Assembly: GCA_002633005.1 (NCBI GenBank)
Contig: NMRA01000055.1
Coordinates: forward strand, 124,001 to 188,000
DNA length: 64,000 nucleotides
Direction of reading: 5' to 3'
From: Phoronis australis
Taxonomy: Eukaryota; Animalia; Phoronida
Of this stretch, positions 37,567 through 49,700 are shown piece by piece (the stretch's first letter is position 1; each line of letters begins with the position of its first letter). Below the pieces are notes generated by a model. The model made no database searches, had not been told where the DNA came from, and saw nothing but the letters and a program-made list of their open reading frames with translations. Position numbers and translations under genes: made by a program.

Positions 37567-38462
37567 CAGCATACCGGAAACTTTCCGAAGGGGTTTAAAA
37601 ACAACTATCAGTTCAACTGCTGGGTCTATGCAATGAATAAGGCGAGATAATTGACGTTTCAATTTTATACTACTTGGCCGGTTTTTAATCTTATTGTGGC
37701 CAAAAACTGATTTAGTTTTAAAACTAGCTCCGGCGGTAATATGAATTTGTGTATTCTGTTGACTGGTCCTTCATAAAACTATTTAGCCTATATAACCTAC
37801 CTGATTTAATGGCAAGTGACACAACTTCTACTCAGATGCCGGGGGTCATTTTCGACTTGTTTGTGAAGAAAAATCATGCAAAACCGCGTAGGGATTTCAT
37901 TTGCATTTTTTAGCCTTGAGGTCTTCTTAAGTTTCGGAATTTCAAGAAATCAGTTTGAAATTGGTTAAGCCAAAAGCCTAACGTTATCATCTGATTAAGA
38001 TTTAGGAATTTTTGTGTCCCCAGAACTTTGTCTGCGTCGTCGAAAAAGAGTAGTCTAAACGTTCGAGACACTGCACGTCAACAGACTATCCAGGACGATG
38101 AGTACCATTCCACTTTTGTAATTGAAGCCGCTGTTTTCATTTAACTCCTGCCTACTCATGCCAACGATCGATCACAAAGATGAAGCATCAGATCTTTAAA
38201 GAGTTCACAATTTTGACAAATTTACTAGGCTTCGTCGAAGCACAGACCACAGACGAGTACATATCTGTGTTGTCTATAATCTATGTTCGATTAAGTTATG
38301 ACGAAAACAAAAGGATAAAAGGGTCAAGAAATTTTTGACCAATTTTATTAGGCCACTGTCACGTTAAGTTACAGTAAGTGATCAAACTCGAGATGGTTTC
38401 ATCCACGCGCCGATGTTTTACAAGCGATGTCATCGTTTTTCCCATCAACATCGATTGCTACC

Positions 38463-38605
38463 CAGTGCTGTAGTGGTAAAATTAGAGGTAAGTAGGCGCC
38501 CTGAGCCCTCCACATGACCTTGAACACTGAACGCATCTTACGGTGCGTAGGCGCTAGGTTCAAATGCCAAAAGGTGGTTGCCTGCGCCTACGCCCCACTA
38601 CACTG
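38463..38605. mobile_element. Small MITE-like inverted-repeat element
   Basis: CAGTG(CT)GTAGTGG...GTAGGCGC at the left end versus GCGCCTAC...CCACTACACTG at the right end. Confidence 0.45.
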
Positions 38606-40748
38606 TTCCTACCGTCATTATTCCAATAGTTATTAATGCAACTAACTACTGAACATGAAACATTACCATGTCCACCCGCACACACATAACATCAAGCTCA
38701 CTGTTTACTACATACCAATCGACTGGCTGCATTGCGTACAAAAATATGTACAGCTGGCCAAAACAGTAAATGCGCAACACTCGCTGACAAAATAAAAAAA
38801 GAGCTTGTTAAGTTCCATTTAGAAACTTTTATTTCTTAAGTTAATGTGAGCTCTGTGTAAGATGTCAATTTTGATAAAAAGTGTCCTGCTGACTGCAAAT
38901 GTTTGCTCGTTATGTACTTAAATTCGTGAAACTGAACAATGCTAACACACGTGTACATGTAGATTCATTGAGTGACAAGTATATAAAGATTCCAAAAACT
39001 GCGAGTATTGATAACTAAATACTTAAGAAAAGTGAGCAAAAAAGCTTGTAGATGACGCCAGTTCCCAGAATAGGGCGTTGCCTGAAAAAATGAGATTTTA
39101 TGTGTCTATATTACTGGTACATTATGCCAACACGCGCATAATTTCCTTCAGACTGTCTGAAAACGTTTGCACATAACTGTTCAGGCTGAAAATGCGTTTA
39201 GTTGAATCAGCACAAACAACCATAGCCTACTCTAGTTGTCTAATAAAACTAATTTTTTATTTAAGTCATTTTGGTGTAAACTGGCCTCAACTTTTTGTTC
39301 TTACTCACCCGACTTTAAGGGCTCGGGTTCGTTACTGATGGACACCATGCACCCTGAATGAAATACCCAGCTGGGCACAGTCTAACACATTGTGCAACAT
39401 CTCAGAACAATAACCCACGGTCAGTGCTTCTTAAGCTGAGAAAAAACTTCAAATCTAAACATAAGTCGAGACTAGTATTACACCTGTAAGTGACCTAAAT
39501 ACCAAAGAATGACCGAAAGCAACTGTAAATAAAACTACTGTGAAAATGTTAATAAAATTAACACAACAGAAAAGTAACTTTCAACATATATTTCAGAAAA
39601 TCGTTTAACAACACAGTCTTACACAAATGATGTGAACAAAATACTGAGTGCAACCCCTCAAGGGAAATAGCAACACCAGTAGAGGTAAAACTTGAAAAAG
39701 GAAGACTCCTGGAATACATAAGTTTTTGTTACAATTTTAAACATTCATCCATTCTTAACAAGGTAACATAAAAATTTGACGAACTGAGTACGGACATCAT
39801 AAAATTACTCACTGAGAAAAGTAAGGAAATATGTGCAGACAATAGTTGGCCTTTACATTTTAGCTCACAACCTTCACTTCGGTAAAATTTCCTAAAAATG
39901 AACTGCCCAAAATCTGGAAGTGGTGCAAAGACACTTCCCATGACTGATGACCATTAAAAGCAGACTTATGATTTGTATACATTTTGCTAAAATGGAGAAA
40001 AAAATAACCTGCAGATAACAATATGAAACCATCAAAATGGATCAAAAGGTGCCACAATGGCATAAGCAGAAGTGGCAAAAGCTTACAAAAAAGCATTATA
40101 TTTACAAGTATTTACAATCAATTGCAAATCAAGAAACTCACGACATGCACACACATATACATTGCACAACCCAAAACTGTTCACTAAATGTTACCAGTTG
40201 CTACACAAATACAGCAGTGCCATTCATTTAGCACAGTCCAACTATCATATCCGATAAAAGCACAGAGCAGCTAAGGTTTTCAGTATCTCATAAGACCACA
40301 TTAGGTCTTTTCAATTGACATTATTGTAGTTTTTATATTAAAGCAAAATACAAAGTGTTTTCTTCATTGCCTTCAAGTAAATGCCATGACATATACATAG
40401 ACTGATTAGTCAACTTTTCATAACCGTAAAAGTAAGTTTGCTTGCAAGTTAGCTTGTAAGTTTGTGGTTTATTTACAAAGTGTTTATACCACAGCTGACA
40501 TCCTTCTACAACTAAAATAACGTTTATGGAGTTCAGCTATTAGCTGTTATACCTTAGCTGGGCACCCAATTATTTCTTGGGTCTGTTCTCGGGTATTATG
40601 TAAAAATAAAAAATTTTCTCTCTCACAATTTTTATCACTTGAATAACAGCAATAGCATTTTTCAATGTCTACCTAAGTTATTCAAAAGCACAAGTTATTG
40701 CGCCAGCCTGAACATAACAAAAATTTGTTCGTTCAAACCAACGTTGAG

Positions 40749-43700
40749 TTACGATAGGACAGGACACACCCAGACATAAATAATGCAGCGCCAAGTTGAA
40801 CCTTCTTTGCCTTTGCACTTACACCGGTACTCAGAAGAGGTAGTGCTGTACTCTGCAAAGGAAGATGAACCACCCGGGGACACACTGCACTCCACACCAA
40901 GGACTTTCCAGCCCTGAAATGTTAGTCATACAAAAATTATCAAATACTCATAAGGAAACTTGGAATCAATAGGTCACATGACATCACTATCAAATGGCCT
41001 GTAAGAACTACAAAATCTTACCGTTCAAATGTTCCAACTGTTAGTGGTTGATCAACAGAATGAGATGAACAACTGTCATGTTAAAACCATAAGCACATGT
41101 AAGCTTTGGAAGGGTCTAAGATGACAAATTGTCATAAAAAATTAGGTCTACCTCATAAACCCTAGGATCGTACAATTTTGATTAGAAAATTTTGAGGAAA
41201 TGAAAACAATTAAAGGGACATTTTGCCACAACTTAAATGTCAATAGTGAATTCTTGACCAAAGCACTTTTGGGTTTAAAAACATAACCAAACTCATTTGA
41301 TCATAAATCGTCGAAAGAGATGGTTACTCAAATCACACGCTAGGTGTATATGCAGCATTTTTGAATTTGTAATTCTAGGGTTGAAAGCCTTCAATAAACT
41401 GAAGCATCTTCTTGAGTTGGTGATAGTTTTTATGTTCTCATTGGTAATGGAGTAAGAGCCTTATCATGGTAAGGATTATTAGGAGAATGATTTTATGAGA
41501 CTAAGAGTCTTATGATGACTTCTGTTTTTTATTCACCTAAACAGAGCAAAATGCAGCTTTAATGGAGAAAGCAACCATTTTTATGTCATTTTTAGTAAAA
41601 ACACGGGTTTGCTGTTTACCCCAGACACATTTTTCAGTTAATTACTGCTTTCCGTAATTTAATTACTTAGTCATGCCCTATTCCAGAAGTGACATTCAAG
41701 GGGCTTAGAAATTCCCCCAATTTTGTTTCTGCGTTCGAGTTTACTGTGAGGATCTGTTCTACTGTTGTTTTCGTACTGGTTTCCCAAAACTGTCGTCACC
41801 ACTTCCCATCAACGAGTATTTTGCGACAAGCTAGGTGGTTAGAGAACTCAATTACATTGGACTTAGGGGTCGTTTAGTGTGTAGTTGCCTGAAAATGGCT
41901 GAAGTTGGAGGCCCATATCATAGTGACATGAGTGGCAGAGACACTGTTCAAAGCAGTGGTGACAGGGAATTTTTCATGGTCAGTGGATGGATACATGTTT
42001 GAGCCCAAGTATAGTGAGGCAGAATACCCACTCCCACTGGATGGTAAGTTAAGCACCCAAACAGCTTACATCCCGCCATATGACTCCCTCGTCACACTCC
42101 TGGCACATTCTAAATAGTTCCAGTACTTTAGTCAAGTCCACAATAAACTCATCGAAGTCTGGGTCACTGGCCTGTTCACTGGGCGACGACCAGTCCTCCT
42201 CAGCGGGTGACAAAATGGGCCTTTATTCACTCCCACTACTCAACATCGCTGCAGAGCTGCTTACAGGCTCTGGGCTGGAGACAACACAAGCACAGGGCGA
42301 ATCACTGCTAGTTCCTAGAATTGCACGCCATGAGGTACGTTCAGAGGCATGGAGGACAGTAACTTAAGGGGCTAGAGTCACTGTAGAGGACACAGCTTGC
42401 AAGGCTTCTCACTTCAAGAATGCACTTCTTGAGAGCGACAGAGCACTGCCGGGAATCAACAACAACGCTATGACACTCTTCTTCAGGCATTGTTTTGCAG
42501 GAACCTTCATCTTTTGCATGAACACATCTCTTCCGTAATACGATAGAAGAAATAAGCTCCCCACACACTCGGTAATTCTCCACTGTTTTGTACTTTGCGT
42601 GAACAGGTAACTCTACGTTCTTTACACGAATGAGCCAAGTACAGTGGAGTGTGTCATCCATTGGAAAGCGATGTAATGGCATACTCAAAGTGCACGCGAG
42701 ACCATAATAAGTACACCCCGGTCAGCAGAAACCGTGCAGCATGTTGACTGACCGAACTTATCACAACCAAGGTAAAAAAATGACTGACTTGACAGCTCAC
42801 ATAGTCAGACTTTATGGAAACAAAATAGCAGGAAATTCTTAACCCCCTAAACGTCACTTCCAAAATAGCGCAATTAACTGAAAAATATATATGGGATAAT
42901 CAATGAATGGTATTTTTACTAAATATGAGATAAAAGATTGCTTCTTTAAAGTCATGCTCATCGAATATTTGCTAGAAAGATCAAAATTTATATTTTACTT
43001 GGAATACATTTCATTTCAATTTACTTCTTCACAGTGCACACCATAAAGAATCAAACAAAATGACCGAAAGTCCGAGTCACGGCAGCTGAGCACAAGCAAA
43101 CTTCGGTTGCAGTAGGCATCTGTGAAAATGATAGGAATTTAACCTAAACTGACACAGTGGAAATGAAAGGATTTTGCTGGAAGTAAAAGTAATGACGTGC
43201 CACTTTTTGCTGCATGTGGTATTTTGTTCAAGAACTGTTGCCATGGAGAAATTGTAATATGTGATGCTTAACACTCAGTTAATAGACAAGATAATATAGA
43301 CCATGATCATGCTGTGAGTATTCTGCGGCATGTGCAGTTGATTATGTTTCAGGCTACAGATCTTAGATTTGTCTCTTTTCAAAATTAGCAAACTGAGTAT
43401 ATAGGGTAATATTTCATTGATATGTCACAGTTACTCCTCAATGCATAAGGAGGTCTACACAGTGGCCCTGCAGTAGTTCTATGTTGGAGTTGGGAGAACC
43501 TACGATATGCCTGACATGCTCTCCTGCCAATATGAATACTACATTGGAAGTTTTAAACAGATTAACACTTTGTTGCAACCCACAGTACATGGCGTTTCAT
43601 CAATTCATCATAGATTGGTTGCGTTTGCCACCACAGATTGCATGGCCAAACTCTGTCAAATGTTTAACAACAATTTACAACACAGTATTTTAGTACAGCT

Positions 43701-46700
43701 AAAAACTAATGGTCTAACATAATGCCAGGTTTACAGATTCTGAGAACGCTGGCCCCTGGTGTATCGAGCTGGTTTTCAGGCTCAACTGGAGCAAAACCTA
43801 AGTATAAAAATGTCATGAAGCGGGTCCTAGCCACAACAGATGTTGCCACAAGCTGCCAATAACCCGAGTATCAGCTGCACTTCTGATTACAACATTTTGT
43901 GTCTGCACAGACCAAGCAAAATACGCTTCCAGCAATTGCAGACCACCGCTGCAATTCCGCACATCCCACTTGCTAGTAACTGATCTCTACTCAGATTAGT
44001 ATTTCTGGTTCTGGGATGAACAAAAAAAAAATGTGATTGCTGATGACTTATTCAACAAGTTGGTATTAACAGGTCGACACTTTATGCTCAAAATGCAATT
44101 TGGCTGACAAATAAGAAAGGACTGATGAACATCAGGTGGAGGCACAAGCTTGAGCAGCTTTAAAAGACGAGACCTACCTGTTCCACAGGAACATAGCTTG
44201 TTTCTGTGCTACTGCTGGAGGTTGCAGCACTGCCGAAAAGCCTTTTGCAAAGACTCAGGTTACCAGCACCTGATGGGCCCTGTTAAAGAAGTGTTCTTTA
44301 AATCATTCATAGGCAGTAAACAAAGCAACACAAAGTGAATGTTAAAAAGCACTGATCTAGGTGCATCGCAGGGAGCAGGTTCTCGTCTCCACAAGGAGAT
44401 ATGAAGATTTAAAAAGAAAGTGATACCGTAAGACAATTTGCTGATGCCAAGGAATTCTAATATGAGAAACATTTGGGTGAAATTCGGAAGAACTCCAGAT
44501 TGTAGAAAATAACATTGTACCACTTCTGTTTGGGTTATGCCTTCGACATTTAAAGTAAAACATAAAAAAATAGGTCGATGTTGAGCATAGATGTCAAAAT
44601 TAATTTTTTTACAAAAACCAGTAATGGACAATTATTTTCAAATAAACAAGTAAACATAATGACCAGGGACTTAGTGGAAACTGCTATGGCCATGAATATA
44701 GAACGGTTAGAATACCTTTCCAGATGTTTGGCACAAGTTTAGGGAAGAATGGGGCATGTTTGGAAACTGGGCAGATCTAGCACAAAAGGCGAACTACAGC
44801 ATTAGTGCCACGTGTCACAGATCATGTAATGGTTATGGCACTGGCAATGTCAAAATTTTAGAAGCACATCAAATTAGGAAGCAAAGGTTCCATTTCTTCT
44901 TTTAATGGCATTTTCTCCAAAGTTTACACGAGTTCACGCATGTGCACGTACATGCATGTGCACGTACATGCATGTGCACGTACATGCATGTGCACGTACA
45001 TGCATGTGCACGTACATGCATGTGCACGTACATGCATGTGCACGTACATGCATGTGCACGTACATGCATGTGTCATGCATATACACACAGACACACCAGA
45101 CACTTATTTTTGTTCAGATTCTCAAAAGTGACGGAAATGCCAATCATAACATGTTACTGTAAAAACAGAGCATGAAACTATCACTCTAAGTATGGATATC
45201 TGTGGGCCAAACTTACTCAGGGTTTGGCCACACATGGAGTAAGTTTGGTCTTTTGAATATGATCACTTTGAAAGCAAATTGCACTAGTTGTAATTGCAGT
45301 GAAATCCTGCCACAAGAATTCAAATAGTTTTCAAAAATGAAGCTGAGATTCTGTCAGAAACTTACAATTTTCTAAAATAGGGCTGAACTAAACTTGGTCT
45401 CTCTCACAATACCAATTTAATGAAGAGAAAGAAGATGAAATTCTCTTGAGTCGGCATTTACTAAAATTCATAGTCCTGCCAACATTGGTGGATTGACATA
45501 TAACTGAATTCACACGGATGCGCTATTTTATTACGAAACTCCCAGCTGTTAAAATAACACTCACAACAAGTCTGCATAAAACATGCCAGGTAACTGTCTT
45601 GAAGGTGAACATCAAAAGCTAAGTTGCAGATACTCCAAATGAAACCAGACAGTTGATGGACACAGAAATAGCCGGAGTCAACCCGACATTTGGTGGACAC
45701 AGACGTAGCCCGAGCCATCCACACATTGACTGGCACACGTACTTTGTAAGAGTTTGCAAAGTGCAGCCACATATGTATATGTGGGTGCATTAAAACTACA
45801 CCAAACACAATAATTGAAATGCACTAAACAACATCGGCAAACATTTGCCAACAACAATAACAAATTGATCTGTACATGGAACATGAAACATCGATTTCTA
45901 ATAACATAAATACACAACACCAATGAAGCAAAGAACATAGACACAGGCCATTGCTTTGCTACAGCAGGGTGTGTGGGATTCCACATCTAAAGATGATGTT
46001 AAATTAAAGGTCCTAATTTCCATTCAAGCCGAGTAAACTTCCATTCACGTTGACATAACGTCTCATTTGAAGACTTTTACTTAAATTGTAGAGTAAAACT
46101 CAATTGTGAAACAAATGATGTTGAGTAGAACTATTCTAATTGCAGGAGTTTGAATCACAGTTGGACATTGATATCCCACAATTTGAATGAACCAGTGATG
46201 TACCTGAATACCCTCTGGGCCAGGGAGGCCACGTGATTTACCAGTGATTTACCTGAATACCCTCTGGGCCAGGGAGGCCACGTGATTTACCTGAATACCC
46301 TCTGGGCCAGGGAGGCCACGTGATTTACCAGGTGATTTACCTGAATACCCTCTGGGCCAGGGAGGCCACGTGATTTACCACGTGATTTACCAGTGATTTA
46401 CCTGAATACCCTCTGGGCCAGGGAGGCCACGTGGGCCTGCAGGCCCCGGCATTTTACTGATGGTGCTCAACTCATCATAGATGGAGGAGTTGAACACGGC
46501 CAGTCGGTAGTCAAATGAACTATTGAGAAGCACGAGCGAGCTTTTAGTATCAAGCAGGGATAGGTGCAGGGATGACAAACTACGGTTGACGTAGAGGGCA
46601 TGGCCCGAAAAAAGCTCTTGGGATGACACCACCTGCAAAACAACGGGGTGACAATGTTGGTATTCTGGTTTCACAAAGTGTAGATAACTTCGAGACTACC

Positions 46701-49700
46701 ACATTGGAATAAGTCGGAACTGAACTGTTCATGGTATGGTAACAAAGCTGATCCTCCTAAATCAATCTAGCTATTACTTTCCTTAATATTAAACGTGTTA
46801 AGTAGCTAATAGCCATTCTTTTGATGTGCCAGTTCAAACTTCTTAGGTATTTTCAAAGCATGGATTGCCATTTACTAAGTTAACATGTGCTCATGGCTAT
46901 CATCTGAGTTGCCTTCTTTGTCTTGTAGCACTTCAGTCATAATCTTCCAAGACTAGAGAATAGACTGCTTATATATTTTCAACATGTGTTGGACGTTGCA
47001 CAAAGATCTTGTGTAACTATGAGAATCCCTGTAAGATTTATAGTAATAACAGCAAAAGGAGGTGAAAATTTGATGACAGTGCCAACTTAGCATTTAAATG
47101 TAAATATTATTTTGATAGTTTAAAGTTCTAGAGGTCAACAGCTACCTGAGTCTGAATTAAAGTCTGGTTGTGGATAGTTTCCTTGATAGTAAGTTCCAAA
47201 TCAGTTCCCTTCCGCGAGTTTAACGCAATCTGAAAACATTAGTAGGTGAAAACTTTGTCAAAAAATAAAGAAAACTGTTTACATGCTGAGAAATCTGAGC
47301 AGGTACAACCATTTACTTTCTTATGTAGCCAAAGGCTGGACTGAAAATTACGTAAGCTATGATATTTTTTAGACAAGTATTGTACTCACATTAGTCCTAG
47401 TTTGGCATTTTCCTCACAAGCTTGTCACAGTAATTTATAAATTTATTTTGGAATTAAATTCAATAAATAAATGCCAGGATATAAAGAGAATCAAAATTCA
47501 CAAGATCTGTCCGTAAGCATATGGCTGACCTTATTTAGACAATTACCTTGGCATTGTGCATGGCGATCGTATCCTGCAAGCGCTCCATTTCATCACTTTT
47601 ATTTTTAAGATTAAGTTTTGTTTCGTTGAGGTCCGATGTTACAGACGTGATAGCGCTCGTCAGATTTGACACAGAGACGGTCATCGCATTCATGTTCAAT
47701 CCACTCTCATTTACCTGTACATTCGGGATTCATTGGTTAATAATATAATTAATCAAATCCTTAATGGTTAAACATTTCCACCTCCAATTGTAACGCAGTT
47801 GGCGGACCAAAACACTAGTGGTGTCAGTCCCAGAGCATATGAGGTATAACTATTCACACAAATGGATGAAAAGTTCTTTGAGGGGAGTATGAACACAGAG
47901 CAATTTAAGCTAAAGGCATGAAACACAAGCTGCGAAGCTACAAAGTACATTAAAAGGTAGTTAGCTCTCAGACACACACGACAATGTACATCTACCATTT
48001 ACACACCTACAGTAATACCTCACTTACTAAGCACAAAAATAATTGTCAAAATCACATTTCTGCAACCTTTCAAAGGCCAATTACTTTACTACAAATGGAA
48101 ATTTTACCAAATGTAGTATTGTACCAAATGTAGCATTATGTGATCTACGAAGTACAAAACAAGGTAACGATAGACTTTGTTAATTTTACATTGCTGACAA
48201 ATTTGACAAAATGAAATGTCCGCCATTTTTTGTGCTAGATAGGTGAAGAATAACCAAAATGACATATCATGTAAGAATTTCTGACAATAGTTAATTAGGG
48301 CAGAATTCTCACTGAATACTGACTTGCCCTTAAAAACATCAAAGCCACTTTTACTAGCCCAAAGTAAGGTATGGAATAGACATCAGATGTAATTGTAATA
48401 ACTTCGAGACCTGTAAAACAGTCCAATTCCAGGTTCCTGATCACGCAAAAGACAATTGCTTTGGGTCCCCAGAATAAGGTTTGCTTCATACGCAGTCATC
48501 ATAAAATTCTTACCATGATTTTGGAAAACACACCATTCCACTTAATAAGTATCACTATCACGCAATTTGAAAAACAATGCTTGCACAATCCTATACCACT
48601 AATAACAACGAATAAAGCACACAAAGGCAAAACAACAATTAAACATTTAAAATATGCGAAGAAGCAGAGGTCTTTTAACTCATGGCAAGAGATGACTTTT
48701 TGAAGAGGTCACGTCAACAGACCATTCTGTGGACAAAGCTCACCAATGACACATAATGTTCAAAATGATCACTAGCACCTCATATTGCCGTCACACTAAA
48801 ATTGGATGGCGAAACTGTCAGAAGAACACATGGAGATGAAATGTACCATCGCCATAAATAACATGTTGCCAAGAGTTAATATTAATAGACAGCTGCTGTG
48901 TATTTTCAGAAAGACAAGGACATCCGAGACACCCAATATTCTATATGTTTAGAGAAATTTTGCACTATATTCCACAATACTAGAAATTTTCCCTTCTGTA
49001 TCATCTATTTTTGCATTTTTATCACAAAATTATCAAGTATCCACGTGTTGTTAATTGTCCTCTTCGAACAACAGACTCAAGATTTCAAATAGTACCAATA
49101 GAGGGTGTGGTTGGACATGCCCATCTTTGTGGAAATAAAAGGAAGACACTGGTCCCAAGGACGACTGAACTTACATTGCGTTTCAGATCCTCTATGCTTC
49201 TTTGCTGCAACGTTATATTGTGAACTATTACTTCTAGTGCCGCCGTATTCTGTTCTACCTCACTGGCTATAGTATCAGGCATGCTGGAGGAAGCTGTTGC
49301 ATTGGCTAGCTAGAAATAAACACAAGTATGTTGATCACATTTATCTGGCCAGGCATTTGGCAAACTGTGCCAAAAACAACACCTCAGTGGCCTGATGAAG
49401 TCCTCGAGAGGAGGACGCAACGTAGCCCACTCAATCCGTAAGTCCAGTAATTGATTCTATTTTCTACACATTTTCAAGGTTATCTCCAACCTTATTTAGT
49501 GGCCTCTATTCTAAATCGTATATCAAAAAACTAAGCTTTGTCAACTAGTAAAAGTACATATTTTCTGAAAGAAAAACGATTAGGAAATATGAAAATAATT
49601 TTTGCATTAATGTAGCATTATTATTTTTATGTAAAAACCTTTTTACGTCAAAATTTTATTTTTAAGAAAGGTACATTCATAGCAAAATAACCCCTTGGTC

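Noticed and set aside
43480-43700. Faint resemblance to non-LTR reverse transcriptase (IIDWLRLPPQ); similar faint endonuclease-like trace at 45480-45660
   Set aside because: Too degenerate to call by eye; needs a profile search.
46876-46952. Possible extra exon of the receptor (SWKIMTEVLQDKEG...)
   Set aside because: It runs into a stop with no in-phase donor, and the flanking exons already join in frame.
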